Assembly (NCBI GenBank): GCA_002269645.1
Contig: NIVC01001492.1
Coordinates: 1-64,000 of the forward strand
DNA from: Macrostomum lignano
Taxonomy: Eukaryota
DNA: 64,000 nt
Direction: 5' to 3'
The translations under genes were made by a program, and so were the position numbers. This document shows, piece by piece, positions 1 through 11,800 of this stretch. Positions within the stretch are counted from its first letter, which is position 1. The number at the start of each line of letters is the position of its first letter. Under the pieces are notes generated by a model that was not told the origin of the DNA, ran no database searches, and saw only the letters and a program-made list of their open reading frames with translations.

Positions 1-82
1 TAAAGCTTGGCTTGGTGCAGTTCTGGGGCGATATTGTGCGACGTTGTCAATTGCTTTGGTTGCTCAGGCTCCTCTTCATCGC

Positions 83-2636
83 TTATTTTGTCTTCGTCAG
101 TTGATTTTTGTTCATTGACATGCTCGATTGAATGTTTTTAATCGGATTGCCGCTCCATTGACTTGGGTATCGTGGGCGATGTATTTTGCTGTTTCTTGGA
201 CTTTTCAGCGTTGGGTTGTTTGTCTGGCATTGTTTTCTGATCGTCGTCACCATTTGGCGCGTGTTTGTTCTTCCTTTGCATCCATTTCTGCGCGCGTGGA
301 AGAGCTTGTAGCGGTAGAAGTGCGCCGCTACAAAAAACACAGCAGCTAGAAAGCATAGTACAATTGCAACTATAAGAAGAATGGTCGTCACGTTCGACAA
401 TGCGCCAGAGTTCGAATCAGACGAATTAACTGAGCTCGACTTCGTCTGTCTTGAACTTTTAGGATCGTCGCTTTGCAATCGATTCCAGCCTCTAGATGGA
501 AGCTCGAGCCATGCAGATTCCACAGCTAGCAGGAGCCGGAGAAGCGATTCTCGCCCAATGCTGCCCGATAAACTGCAGCCGAGGCTGCACTTTCAGCGAC
601 TAATCGTTGTCGACGACCGCTACTGGCATCCTTGTCAAATCTGTTCTCTGAATAGTAGAACAGCTGAGTGCAACGCAATCGCGCAATTGGTTCTGACGTC
701 ACGAGCTGACTGACGCTGCTTAACGTTTGCTGGGGCGGCTCGCCTCCTCTGGGCTGCAGTGTGAACAGAAAAGCGACGGAGACGCCCATGCTTGGCAGTC
801 TAGCGGCTAGATTGGTCTCTAACGGGCATCGGAACTGATGGCACTGCACAGTTTCATTCAGACAGTCGGCCAGGCAGAACGCGTTGGCTGGTGCTGGTAA
901 AACTTCTACCACTGAGAAAGCCACTAGACCGCGACCGCGAGCGTCCATTGAGTGGCAGCGTATAAGTATAGAGCCACCGGAAGTGCTGTCATTGTCTAGA
1001 CGAATCTGAGTAAAACGCAGGCTAAGCTCGATACCCCCGCCAGGAATAGACAAGAATGAGTCTCTGTGGACGTTTCCACTCCACCCAGGGAGCCATGCAG
1101 TCTTAGCTGAGTGACTGTTGAAGCAGCTGACGATTCTGACAACAAATCAAGGCCACATACCGTGCAGTTAAATGACAATGACTGGCGATCCGACCAAAGT
1201 TTCCGACTCCTTGGAGGTGGAACAAAAACTACGCTGCGAGATGGAGGTCGGTTGCCGCACAAGCTCGGTCTAGCAGCAATGCGCACGCTAAAAGCTTGCG
1301 GCGATAGTGTGGCGCTGGCTGTCCCTACAAGTGACGCCGCACTTCGACAAGTCCAAAGACCAGCTAACGGTGGCGGGCCTGGATTTCCTGGCGGTTTCCA
1401 TGGCAATAAAAGTAGCCGGTGAGGCTCTACTAGGCTTCCCAAAGCCGGATCTGGTGGTTTAACCGCCTCAGACCAGGTGCTTGCGTTTTGGCCTTGCAGC
1501 CAACTGAACTTACAATTCGGATCGTCTGCAGAGGCAGCCAGACAGAGGAAGGGGCATGGCAGAGCGTGAGTTATGGGTGGATCATCGTACAAGTCGATAC
1601 TGAGTACAGCAGGATCATGACTTATTCTTTCGGGAATAAAAGCAGAGGTCGCGACATCAGTTCTGTTTTCGATAGTGCTCACTTGAATGCGCCATCGAAG
1701 GAAAAGTCTCTGGCCACTCGGCAGTTGAGCGTCAGCGCTAATGCAGATTTTGGCTGGGCTCCAATCGCCTGTCCAGCCCAAGCGAAGACGACCGGCAAAG
1801 TAGACAGCATAGAAGGATGCCGGATCGCTTGAATTCGATTGGAGCCATGGAGACGCTACAGCTGGATTGCTGCAGTTGTAAAGCGCGTACACCGCTGTAT
1901 GCAGAGGCAAAGCGGCCACGGACAGTGTCGGAGACGGCATCAAATCGCAATCCAGTGCCACAAACTGGAGCAGGTTTTGCTGACGCTGCATGATGCGGCG
2001 GCACGGAAGGCTTGAGCTTCCTTGACTGTCAATAAGGGCACTTCTAGCCGGTCGCTCATCCCACAGTCGAACTCGAGCGGAACTCGCGACAACGGCACCA
2101 CCCAGGCGAAGGTGGCAAGCGATGACGAGAGCGCTGCGGTCCAGCGTCGGCTTAGAAAACGCCAGTGTGAGTACGGAGCCTTCTGACTTTCTGAAGACAC
2201 CTCTGGCCGGCGCAAATCCTGGTCCAAGGTCAAAGCTGAACTTCTGCTGACCGCTGCCTGAGCCCGCTTGAGCAGTCAACGTGTGCCGTCTCTGCAATCC
2301 AGTTGATGCGTCGTCGACACTCCAGCTGAGCTCAAGCTGCGATGCAGACTCGCCGTCGCCACCATCAAGCAAACACGCCAGCGCCACTGTGGACCCGTTT
2401 GCAATGACGAGAAAGGCATCATTGGTCTGGTGGGCGCTCCAAACAATGGCTTGCTTAGAGGCGGCGGCAGCTGTTAACTCTTTAGAGTTCGGTGGTCGAA
2501 ACAGCGGTAGCGACGAGTGGCGTAGCTCGCGCGGCGAGTCTGGTGACAATGTCAAAGCCGTACACGGCAGAAGGATCAGGTTGAGCTGGATGATGAAGCT
2601 AAATAGGCTGATAGGCTTGTACTCAATCTTGGACAT
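83..2636 (-). CDS. Ig-like single-pass membrane protein, apparently intronless, about 851 aa if two -1 frame breaks (near 1095 and 565) are repaired; assembly error or young pseudogene
   Basis: ORFs 996-2720, 526-1053 and 83-523 abut in successive frames. N-terminal hydrophobic signal peptide (ISLFSFIIQLNLILLPCTALT), several Ig-like C...W...C patterns (LACLL..LSWSV..IACHL; LCLAA..FSWL..LWTCR), TM helix TTILLIVAIVLCFLAAVFFVAAHFY followed by a basic stop-transfer segment. Confidence 0.65.
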
Positions 2637-3221
2637 CGCTTCAAGCTTCACGTTTGACGTTGGAATCCGGAAAAGTCTGCAGCCGCGATCGTAGCATGTT
2701 TGCGCCAGAGGCCGGCGCAACTTAACTTGTTGCCCAACTGACTGACCGCTTCTATTTTTGCTGAATACAATTAACAGGCGGCCGCAGTATTAGCATGTAT
2801 ACTTGTCGTCTTAGAATTGTTTTTGTGATCTATTGTTATAAAACACGCGATAGATCAGGTTCTACCATAGAAGTTTTTACTTGAAAAGTGACTTAGCTCG
2901 GATCTATTCATAAAACTTACAAATCTTACTTACGAGCTACAAAGCAACTTTTATGTGTGCGTGTGAGTTTACCTGTTCGATGGGTCAGCGCAACGGACCT
3001 TTACAGTAATAATAATTTAATAATTGCATGATTCTGTGCCCCCTGGCGAAACGCATTGGGCGAAATCTCCCATTGCACTGAATCCTGGGCGCATTCAAGC
3101 ACGCCAATGCTAGCTCGTAGAAAGTTATGCATGTTAAGTCTCTGTGCTTTGGGAGTCGGTTCGGGGAACTGGGGCACAAAAAAGTTATCGAATTTTCCAT
3201 TTCACACCTAACACTGCTCAC

Positions 3222-3473
3222 CTCATCTCGCTTTTTCTTCAGCACCAGCTTAAAATCGCGAATCTTTTCATCTTGTTCGCGAAATTTCTCCTTCAACTTG
3301 ACGTGGTCCTGGTACAGGCTGAGGTATTTATCCTCCAGATCTTCGCGCAACCATTTGCCGATCATCGCTTTGTCCAGCTGGTTGGCGGTGAGCGGCTGCA
3401 GCGGCGGGACGCCATTGGCGAATTTTGCAGAGTCAGGTCTGCTGCGTTTCACTGGCAGATGGCCCGAGTCCAT
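3222..3473 (-). CDS. Coding exon resembling the N-terminal coiled coil of RPGRIP1L/fantom (MKS5); possible 53-nt intron 3169-3221 and second exon 3001-3168 would give 139 aa
   Basis: GCCATGG start at 3473. MDSGHLPVK...WLREDLEDKYLSLYQDHVKLKEKFREQDEKIR resembles, from memory, RPGRIP1L GDLPVKD...[31 protein letters not shown]. Donor GAG|GTGAGC at 3222/3221; candidate acceptor TTTTTGTGCCCCAG ending 3169. Confidence 0.5.
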
Positions 3474-5657
3474 GGCTTCTGCTGCAGCAATCAACGATGC
3501 GATACGATTATAATTAAATATTTTCGTTATGTCTTATGGCCAATATATTGGCACAATTACCTGACAGAGTATCTACATGGTATTCAATCTTTAATTGAAA
3601 GAACTATTTTTAGTGCAAATTTTCAGAAATTATTCATGTCGGCTGACTATACTAACTGTTCTGTAGCAATATGACTCAAAATTAGCAACCATATAATTAA
3701 ATACATGTTTTTATTTGAAGTAAAAAACATAAATCAAGCTTTTCCACCTCTTAATTTAATCTGTAGGAATAGCTCTATGATTAAATAAATTAGACTTTTG
3801 AAATGTAGAAGCCTTTGAATTCTCCCAATTTTTCTTAAATTTGTTTGAAAAAATATGTATAAATTTTGTGGAGAAAGAACTTCAAAGGATTTAACTTTTT
3901 GAATCATATTTCTTTCAAAATGTTTTCAATCATATAACCATAATATTGCTATCTGATAAATTTGACTTTCTACTATCTATAAATATACTGCACTAAAATT
4001 GGAGATGAGAGTACTATAGAGAGCCTGCCAAGGAAAAAAGTAAAATTAAAGAGCAATCATAGTGTGGCCTAATTTGTGGCGCATGACCAAGATGGCCACA
4101 GCTCTAAGTGTCTAAATAGATGATAATAAGCCTTGGTCTATATATTTCACTTATTTCCTATTGGTAATAATTCGAGAAATAAATACCAAAAAGATGCTAT
4201 ATTATAATTGTATTATATTAGGCCCCTATATTATAGTCATTCCTTTGGCTTTAGCTTTTATTTATAGCTTGATCTATAGATATTTATTCAGCTATATCAA
4301 GCAAGTAGCCTAGGGCCTAACACAAAATAAATACCTTGACTTGGTGCATATTTATCTTAATTTTTGTATAGCATTACTAGTAGCAATATTTGGTTTCTTA
4401 ATAAACAGATACTGATAGATTTGATAGATGTAATGATAGGGAATAAATTGGCATAAACACTGAAAAAGATGAAAGTTTTTGTATGATAGGTAATTAGTTT
4501 CAAATCGATTATTACATTAGTATTTATGAATGTGATTGATTGAACATAATATTTACTATAAAAATAGCTACTATGTTGCTAATTAATAATAAAAAAAGAG
4601 AGCAGAGCCAAAGATATTCAATGTTGTGGCCATCTTGTTCTTACACCTAATTTTAATATAGCGTTTTTTGAATTCTCTACATTTCAATCTCTAACCTTCA
4701 GAATGGATATATTAAAACCTGTGCAGGAGCATATAAAATAAACAGGAATTGCAAATTTTACTCTTTTTAATATTAATTTAATATTAATATTAATTTTTAA
4801 TAGACTACTCCCTCTACTTCTACTACTTCTTTTAATATTAATAGACTAGTCAAAAGTTTAAGTAACAATCGACTAAATTCAGTCAAAGAAAGTTGCAGTA
4901 AGACACAAAACTTGTAGTGAAGAAGAAAAACTACTCTTTGTTTGGTTGTTGTACCGCCAAACAGGATCTCCTCCATGGCCCCCAGATTTTTGCAGAAGTT
5001 GACGGAAATATTCGAACAAATCTGAAAGAATTATAAAGCTGAACCAGTCATGACAATAAATAATATACCTACCTATAAAGTAGGTAAAAATTTTCTGTTG
5101 ATACTTTTATTTCCCTTTTAAATTTTAGAGTCGAAATAAGTAAGCTTTTGACTACTACATACACAAAATTATGCTTTGTTTATTTTAGCGTTTTTCAAAA
5201 GAATAATTCCGAGAAACTGTATTCAGATATTGGTTTTCGAATCTGATAATAAAATGTGTTTCAAACTGTATATTCAGTGCTTTAAATTTAACATTTTGCT
5301 TGATTTTAATTCGATTTAGCTTGATTTAGCTCGTGGATCCATGTATATATGCAAATCAAGGACCACTGTGTATGTATATAACTATTATGTAAAGTGGTCC
5401 TTGCAGGAGTTGTTATTGATATTGTGATATTTTTTTAACTAGTGGGATCTACTGTTTATAATAAACTTTTTATTGTACCTCTAGAGCAACATTCACGTAC
5501 ATATAGTCGTTTCTGACTTTTGCAACTATGGCTAAGCGCCTTTTTTATTTTTACAAAATTAGCCCGAACTTTTATGGATTTCAAAGCGTCGAAAGGCGCC
5601 CACACAAATACAAACCAAATGACGTGGCTGTCTAAAGCAGTTTGGTGCTATTTTGTT

Positions 5658-5663
5658 TTTATT
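5658..5663 (-). promoter_or_regulatory. Candidate polyadenylation signal AATAAA for the ATPase
   Basis: TTTATT on + strand about 140 nt past the stop codon, in AT-rich sequence. Confidence 0.35.
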
Positions 5664-5800
5664 GAAGAAAAAATGTTCTGTCATTAAAATAAACGGCTCG
5701 TTTTGAAGCAAAGCAGCGAGTTATAGAAGCAAAATAAATTGTTGTTGTTTCATTATTAATCGATTTCAGCAGAGTGGACGGGCAAGGACCGTAACTACTC

Positions 5801-8800
5801 TCAGTAGTAAGTCTCCCGTTCAACAACATTCCCGGGAGACAGTCGACGAAGCAGAAGTTTCCTAATCTCGTCGAAGATAAAGATTAGGCTGCTGTGGCCG
5901 AGCGGCAGGAAGCACCAGACGAATTTCAGCGGCATCATTTTGAGCACCATGTAGGAGTAGGGCACGTAACTCAGCAACATAGCTAAGATGGTCTCGAAGA
6001 ACAAGCTGCCGGTCATGGGATGATTTCGCATGCCTGGAATTGAAAACATGTGTGTGCTTCTCTAAATGTACAGTGCAGTTGGTTGCGTGACTCAGGTTCT
6101 ACTTCATTTTCTATTCATTTCCGGAACCTGATGTGGCCTTTACTAATTTAGCAATGAAATTAGAAGCAATTTTGATGGTTAAAATTAGGAGAGGGAGAAT
6201 CTGACTCGAAAAGTCAAGCTCTGCATCAGCTTATGAATGTACATGTGTAGGCATTGTAGGCGATAATTTCTGCGTTACAGGTGGACAGACTCAGTGTTAC
6301 AGGTGACAGACTCAGTTTTACAGGTGACAGACTCAGTGTTACAGGTGACAGACTCAGTGTTGCAGGTGACAGACTCAGTGTTACAGGTGACAGACCCAGT
6401 GTTACTGGGGACTGTCTCCCTGATTACCTTATCTACATGTGCTTATACTGTATTAGTGTTACAATTATTTGCTTCATTGGTAGATTGGGATGATATACAA
6501 TTAATTATTCTTGTTACAGATGGTTGCCTTTGTGATGTTGTCAGCGTCTCGGTAGAATCTTTCTATAAGAAGATAAAAACACACTGGAAGCATATAAAAT
6601 GACTTTCCCGTTGGCTGAGAAAGTGATTAAGGTGCATATTCATAGGCCCGAGTTCCCCATAATGATACGAAACTCATTGAAGCGATAAACACGTTAATGG
6701 ATTTTCGGTTGCTTTGGCAATAATCTTCTTTGGGCGCGCTGGTTTGATGCTTCTCTGATCTTTCCGGCTGCTCATGGCATAGCAGATGATCGCATGATGC
6801 GTGTATATCGCACTTTGCTCAGCTGATCGTGTATGATTGATTGGATTGACGGGAAATTCTGCCTCAATGGCACGGACGCTATAGCATGTTTTACAAATTC
6901 TATAGTAGGAATTCTCTTGTGTACTCGTATTACGCTCGTATTAATCTATTTTGCAGACTTTATGTGTATTTGGATTTGTAGTTATTAATTCTAAGTTAAT
7001 ATTTGAGTTTGCAGTCATCACTGAGGATTCTGTGCAGTCATCATGCACTGAGGATTCTGCAGTCATCACTGAGGATTCTGTGCAGTCATCACTGAGGATT
7101 CTGTGCAGTCATCACTGAGGATTCTGTGCAGTCATCACTGAGGACTCTGTGCAGTCATCACTGAGGATTCTGTGCAGTCATCACTGAGGATTCTGTGCAA
7201 TCATCATGCACTGAGGATTCTGTGCAGTCATCATGCACTGAGGACTCTGTGCAGTCATCACTGAGGATTCTGTGCAGTCATTCTCATGCTCAATATTCTG
7301 AAAACTTACCCTGCTGGAAGACGGACAATCGCCTGGTCTTGCAGATGACTAAATCCGCCCATTGCACAATCACGATGGCAATAAAGAAGCCGGTCTGACA
7401 GGACATTTCCAGTTTTTTACGCTCGTTGTAGGTCCATTCCTGACCGAATGAGTCCTCCAGACTGTCCTCCGTACGGTTGTCCCAAGGCTCGCGCAAGAAG
7501 AACAGCCTCCTGGGTAGGAAGCCATTGTGAGCCATGATGCAGAAGTACACCAGCCAGCCTGCGGCAGCCTGCAGCATCCCAATCTGCCCGTAGGCCATGC
7601 CGATCAACCGACCGTTGACCAGCCGGTCTCGGCTCGGGTTCCTCGGCGCCCGGCTCATAATGTCGTTCTCGGCCGATTCGTAAGCGAAGCTGATCGCAGG
7701 GAACATGTCTGTGCCGAGGTCGATGCACAGGATGTGCACTGTGCCCAGGGCCAGCGGCAGGCCCAGCACAATGAAGAATATGAATGGCACCATCTCTGGC
7801 ACCTTCGAGGTGAGCGTGTACGCGATCGACTTCTTCAGATTGTCGAATATGAGACGGCCTGGGAATTTTTTAGCGGATAGCAGTTGGAAGCGAAATTGAA
7901 GTTTTTGACATCCAAAAATGGGGGCTTCTAACTCTAGAATGAATTCTTTGATGTCATTTTTGACAACCAAATATCCTTGATTTGGAAGTTTCTGACACCC
8001 AGACTGAGGCTTGCATTCATTGCATTCCCAACCAAGCAACGCAGCGTGATCTACTCTCCCAAAAAAACGTCTCGATTTCGGTTCATCGAGCTGGCCTCTC
8101 ATCCAGTTAAGCCAGTCAACTCAACTGAGCAGCTTTCGTGCCCCACCCCCCAAGAATTCAATCTCTCTGGATTGGATAAAGACAAGCGCCTCCCCCAAGC
8201 TGAGTTGAGACCGACCGACCATAGGAAAGTCCGACGGCGAGGCTGTTTTATGCAATCGAATTGCGAGAGCCGTCGCTAGAGAGGGGGACTTTTTCAATCG
8301 GGAAAACTCTCATTTCTTCCCGGCGACCACTGCCTCTGCCCCGAGCTGCGTAAATCTTACTAAATAACCGTCAGATGCAAATTTTTACTTTTGAGATTAA
8401 ATTGACTGGCTGGGCTCGGTTGGGAGCTGGGAAATATGAGCTATTCGAGAGCTCGAATATGACCGTGCCTTGATGATTTTGTGGACGTTAAATAAGATGA
8501 AATTACCCGAAGGATGTGGCAATTTAAGGTTCATCTGAAATCCTAACCGGAGCTAAATGACTTCACTAACTCTAGTCTCATAAACTCCATCTCTAATCTT
8601 CCCGGAATTCTCTTAGAATATCTCACTTACGACCTCACCTTCTTCAACTCCAACAACAATGGAAGCGAAATTGTCATCCAGCAGTATCATGTCCGCCGCC
8701 TGCTTGCTCACGTCGCTCCCAGTGATGCCCATAGCAACGCCAATGTCCGCCTTCTTCAAAGCCGGCGAATCGTTCACTCCGTCCCCAGTCACCGCCACAA

Positions 8801-11800
8801 TATTGCCCAGCTTTTGAAATGCTTCAACAATGATGAGCTTCTGCTGCGGACTGGTCCTGGCGAACACTATCTCCCGGTGTTGGCGAATGATTTCAACCAG
8901 CTCGTCCGCTGACATGTCCTTGAGCTGGCCGCCATTCACTACTCGGGCCTCGGCTTCGGCCGGGTTCACCGATTCTACGGGAACTCCGCGCTCTTTGGCC
9001 AGCGACTCGGGCGTCCGGCTGTTCGGCGAGATGATACCGACACCTCGGGCGATGGCCGCCGCCGTGATTGGATGGTCGCCGGTAACCATGACTACCTGTT
9101 TTTAGTAACAGTGGACAGTTAGGCTTTGCTTGCAAGCGTTAGGTTAAAAACAGCCCAGCAACAGCCTAGCAACAGCCTAGCAAAAAACTAACAACAGTCT
9201 AGCAACAGCCTAGCAACAACCTGACAACAGCCTAGCAACAACCTAAAAACAGCCTAGCAGCAAACTAACAACAGCCTAGCAACAGCCTAGCAAAAAACTA
9301 ACAACAGGCTAGCAGCAACCTAACAACAGTCTAGCAACAGCCTAGCAACAACCTAACAACAGCCTAGCAACAATCTAACAACAGCCTAGAAACAGCCTAG
9401 CAAACCTAACAACCTCCTAGCAACAGCCTAGCAACAGCCCAGCAGCAGCCTAGCAACAGCCTAGCAACAACCTGACAACAGCCTAGCAACAACCTAAAAA
9501 CAGCCTAGCAGCAAACTAACAACAGCCTAGCAACATCCTAGCAAAAAACTAACAACAGGCTAGCAGCAACCTAACAACAGTCTAGCAACAGCCTAGCAAC
9601 AACCTAACAACAGCCTAGCAACAACCTAACAACAGCCTAGAAACAGCCTAGCAAACCTAGCAACCTCCTAGCAACAGCCTAGCAACAGCCCAGCAGCAGC
9701 CTAGCAACAGCCTAGCAACAAACTAACAACAGGCTAGCAGAAACCTAACAACAGTCTAGCAACAGCCTAGCAACAACCTAACAATAGCCTAACAACAACC
9801 TAACAACAGCCTAGCAACAGCCCAGCAACAGCCTAGCAACAAACTAATAGTATCCCTGGATTTTACACATTTTTCTCCTTGGCATTATCTCACCTTATTG
9901 ATCTCCAAAAGTTAGCAAGGAATTTTGAAAAGCTAAAGCTACCTGTGCCTGAAATTAGCTTAAACAATTAACAAACCCTCCAAAACCAAATGTGATTTAA
10001 AAAATGAGGAAGAAGCGCAGCGCACCCGGATCCCGGCGCTCCGGCATTTCTCCACCGCGTACGGCACGGCAGCTCGTGGCGGATCGATCATGCTCATCAG
10101 GCCGACAAAGCGATAGCCGGTGAGTGGAAAGTTCACCGTCTCAGTATTGTACTTGTAGTTGTCGGGATAATCCTTGGCAGGTAGTCGAAAGTCGCAGAAG
10201 CCGAGCACTCGCTCCCCGAGGCTGCCCAAGTTTTCGTAGGCGTCCTGAAATTTTTTCTTCCACTTGGCGTCCAGAGCGACCTCGGCGCCGTCAACGAGAA
10301 TGCTCGAGCAGCGGTCCAGAATCCGCTCCGGAGCGCCCTTCATCACGCACAGGTGGCGAGCTTCGCCGTCCATTTGAACAGTTCTGTGCACAGAAACCTG
10401 CATGTGCGTACGACGAGTTTTGAATGTTTAAATCACTCGGCACGGGGTAAAATGGAAAACTTTTGTATTGGTCAGACTGGAAATCTCAGTTGGAACAATT
10501 GAATGTTACTGGGGTCATTGGAATGTAACTGGGGTCAATGAAATGTTACTGGGGTTATTGGACTGGTACAGGGGGTCATTTAAATGGTAAAGGGGTCATT
10601 GGAATGGTAAAGGGGTCATTGGAATGGTACAGGGATCATTGGAATGGCAAAAGGGTCATTGGAATGGTACAGGGGTCATTGGAATGGTTCAGGGATCATT
10701 GGAATGGTACAGGGGGTCATTAGAATGGTACAGGGGTCATTGGAATGGTACAGGGGTCATTGGAATGGTACAGGGGGTCATTGGAATGTTACTGGGGTCA
10801 TTGGAATAGTACAGGGGGTCATTGGAATGGTAAAGGGGTCATTGGAATGGTAAAGGGGTCATTGGAATGGTAAAGGGGTCATTGGAATGGTAAAGGGTCA
10901 TTGGAATGGTACAGGGGGTCATTGGAATGGTAAAGGGGTCATTGGAATGGTAAAGGGTCATTGGAATGGTACAGGGGTCATTGGAATGGTTCAGGGGTCA
11001 TTGGAATGGTACAGGGGGTCATTGGAATGGTACAGGGGTCATTGGAATGGTACAGGGGTCATTGGAATGGTACAGGGGGTCATTGGAATGTTACTGGGGT
11101 CATTGGAATAGTACAGGGGGTCATTGGAATGGTAAAGGGGTCGTTGGAATGTTACTGGGGTCATTGGAATGGTAAAGGGTCATTGGAATGGTACAGGGGT
11201 CATTGGAATGGTACAGGGGGTCATTGGAATGGTAAAGGGGTCATTGGAATGGTACAGGGGTCATTGGAATGGTACAGGGGGTCATTGGAATGGTACAGGG
11301 GGTCATTGGAATGGTAAAGGGGTCATTGGAATGGTAAAGGGTCATTGGCATGGTACAGGGGTCATAGGAATGGTACAGGGGTCATTGGAATGGTACAGGG
11401 GGTCATTTGAATGTTACTAGGGTCATTGGAATGGTACAGGGGGTCATTGGAATGTTACTGGAGTTATTGGAATGGTAAAGGGGTCATTGGAATGGTAAAG
11501 GTCATTGGCATGGTACAGGGGTCATTAGAATGGTACAGGGGGTCATTGAAATGGTACAGGGGGTCATTTGAATGTTATTGGGGTCATTCGAATGGTACAG
11601 GGGTCGTTGGAATGTTACTGGGGTCATTGGAATGGTAAAGGGTCATTGGAATGGTACAGGGGTCATTGTAATGGTACAGGGGGTCATTGGAATGGTACAG
11701 GGGTCATTGGAATAGTACAGGGGGTCATTGGAATGGTAAAGGGGTCATTGGAATGGTAAAGGGTCATTGGCATGGTACAGGGGTCATTGGAATGATACAG

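Noticed and set aside
1095-1165. Micro-intron GTATGT...CAG explaining the first Ig-gene frame break
   Set aside because: Available CAG acceptors give the wrong phase or an immediate stop; only a weak AAG fits.
5357-5403. 11-bp stem CAAGGACCACT/AGTGGTCCTTG as pre-miRNA or Helitron end
   Set aside because: Stem too short, with a 25-nt AT loop and no supporting context.
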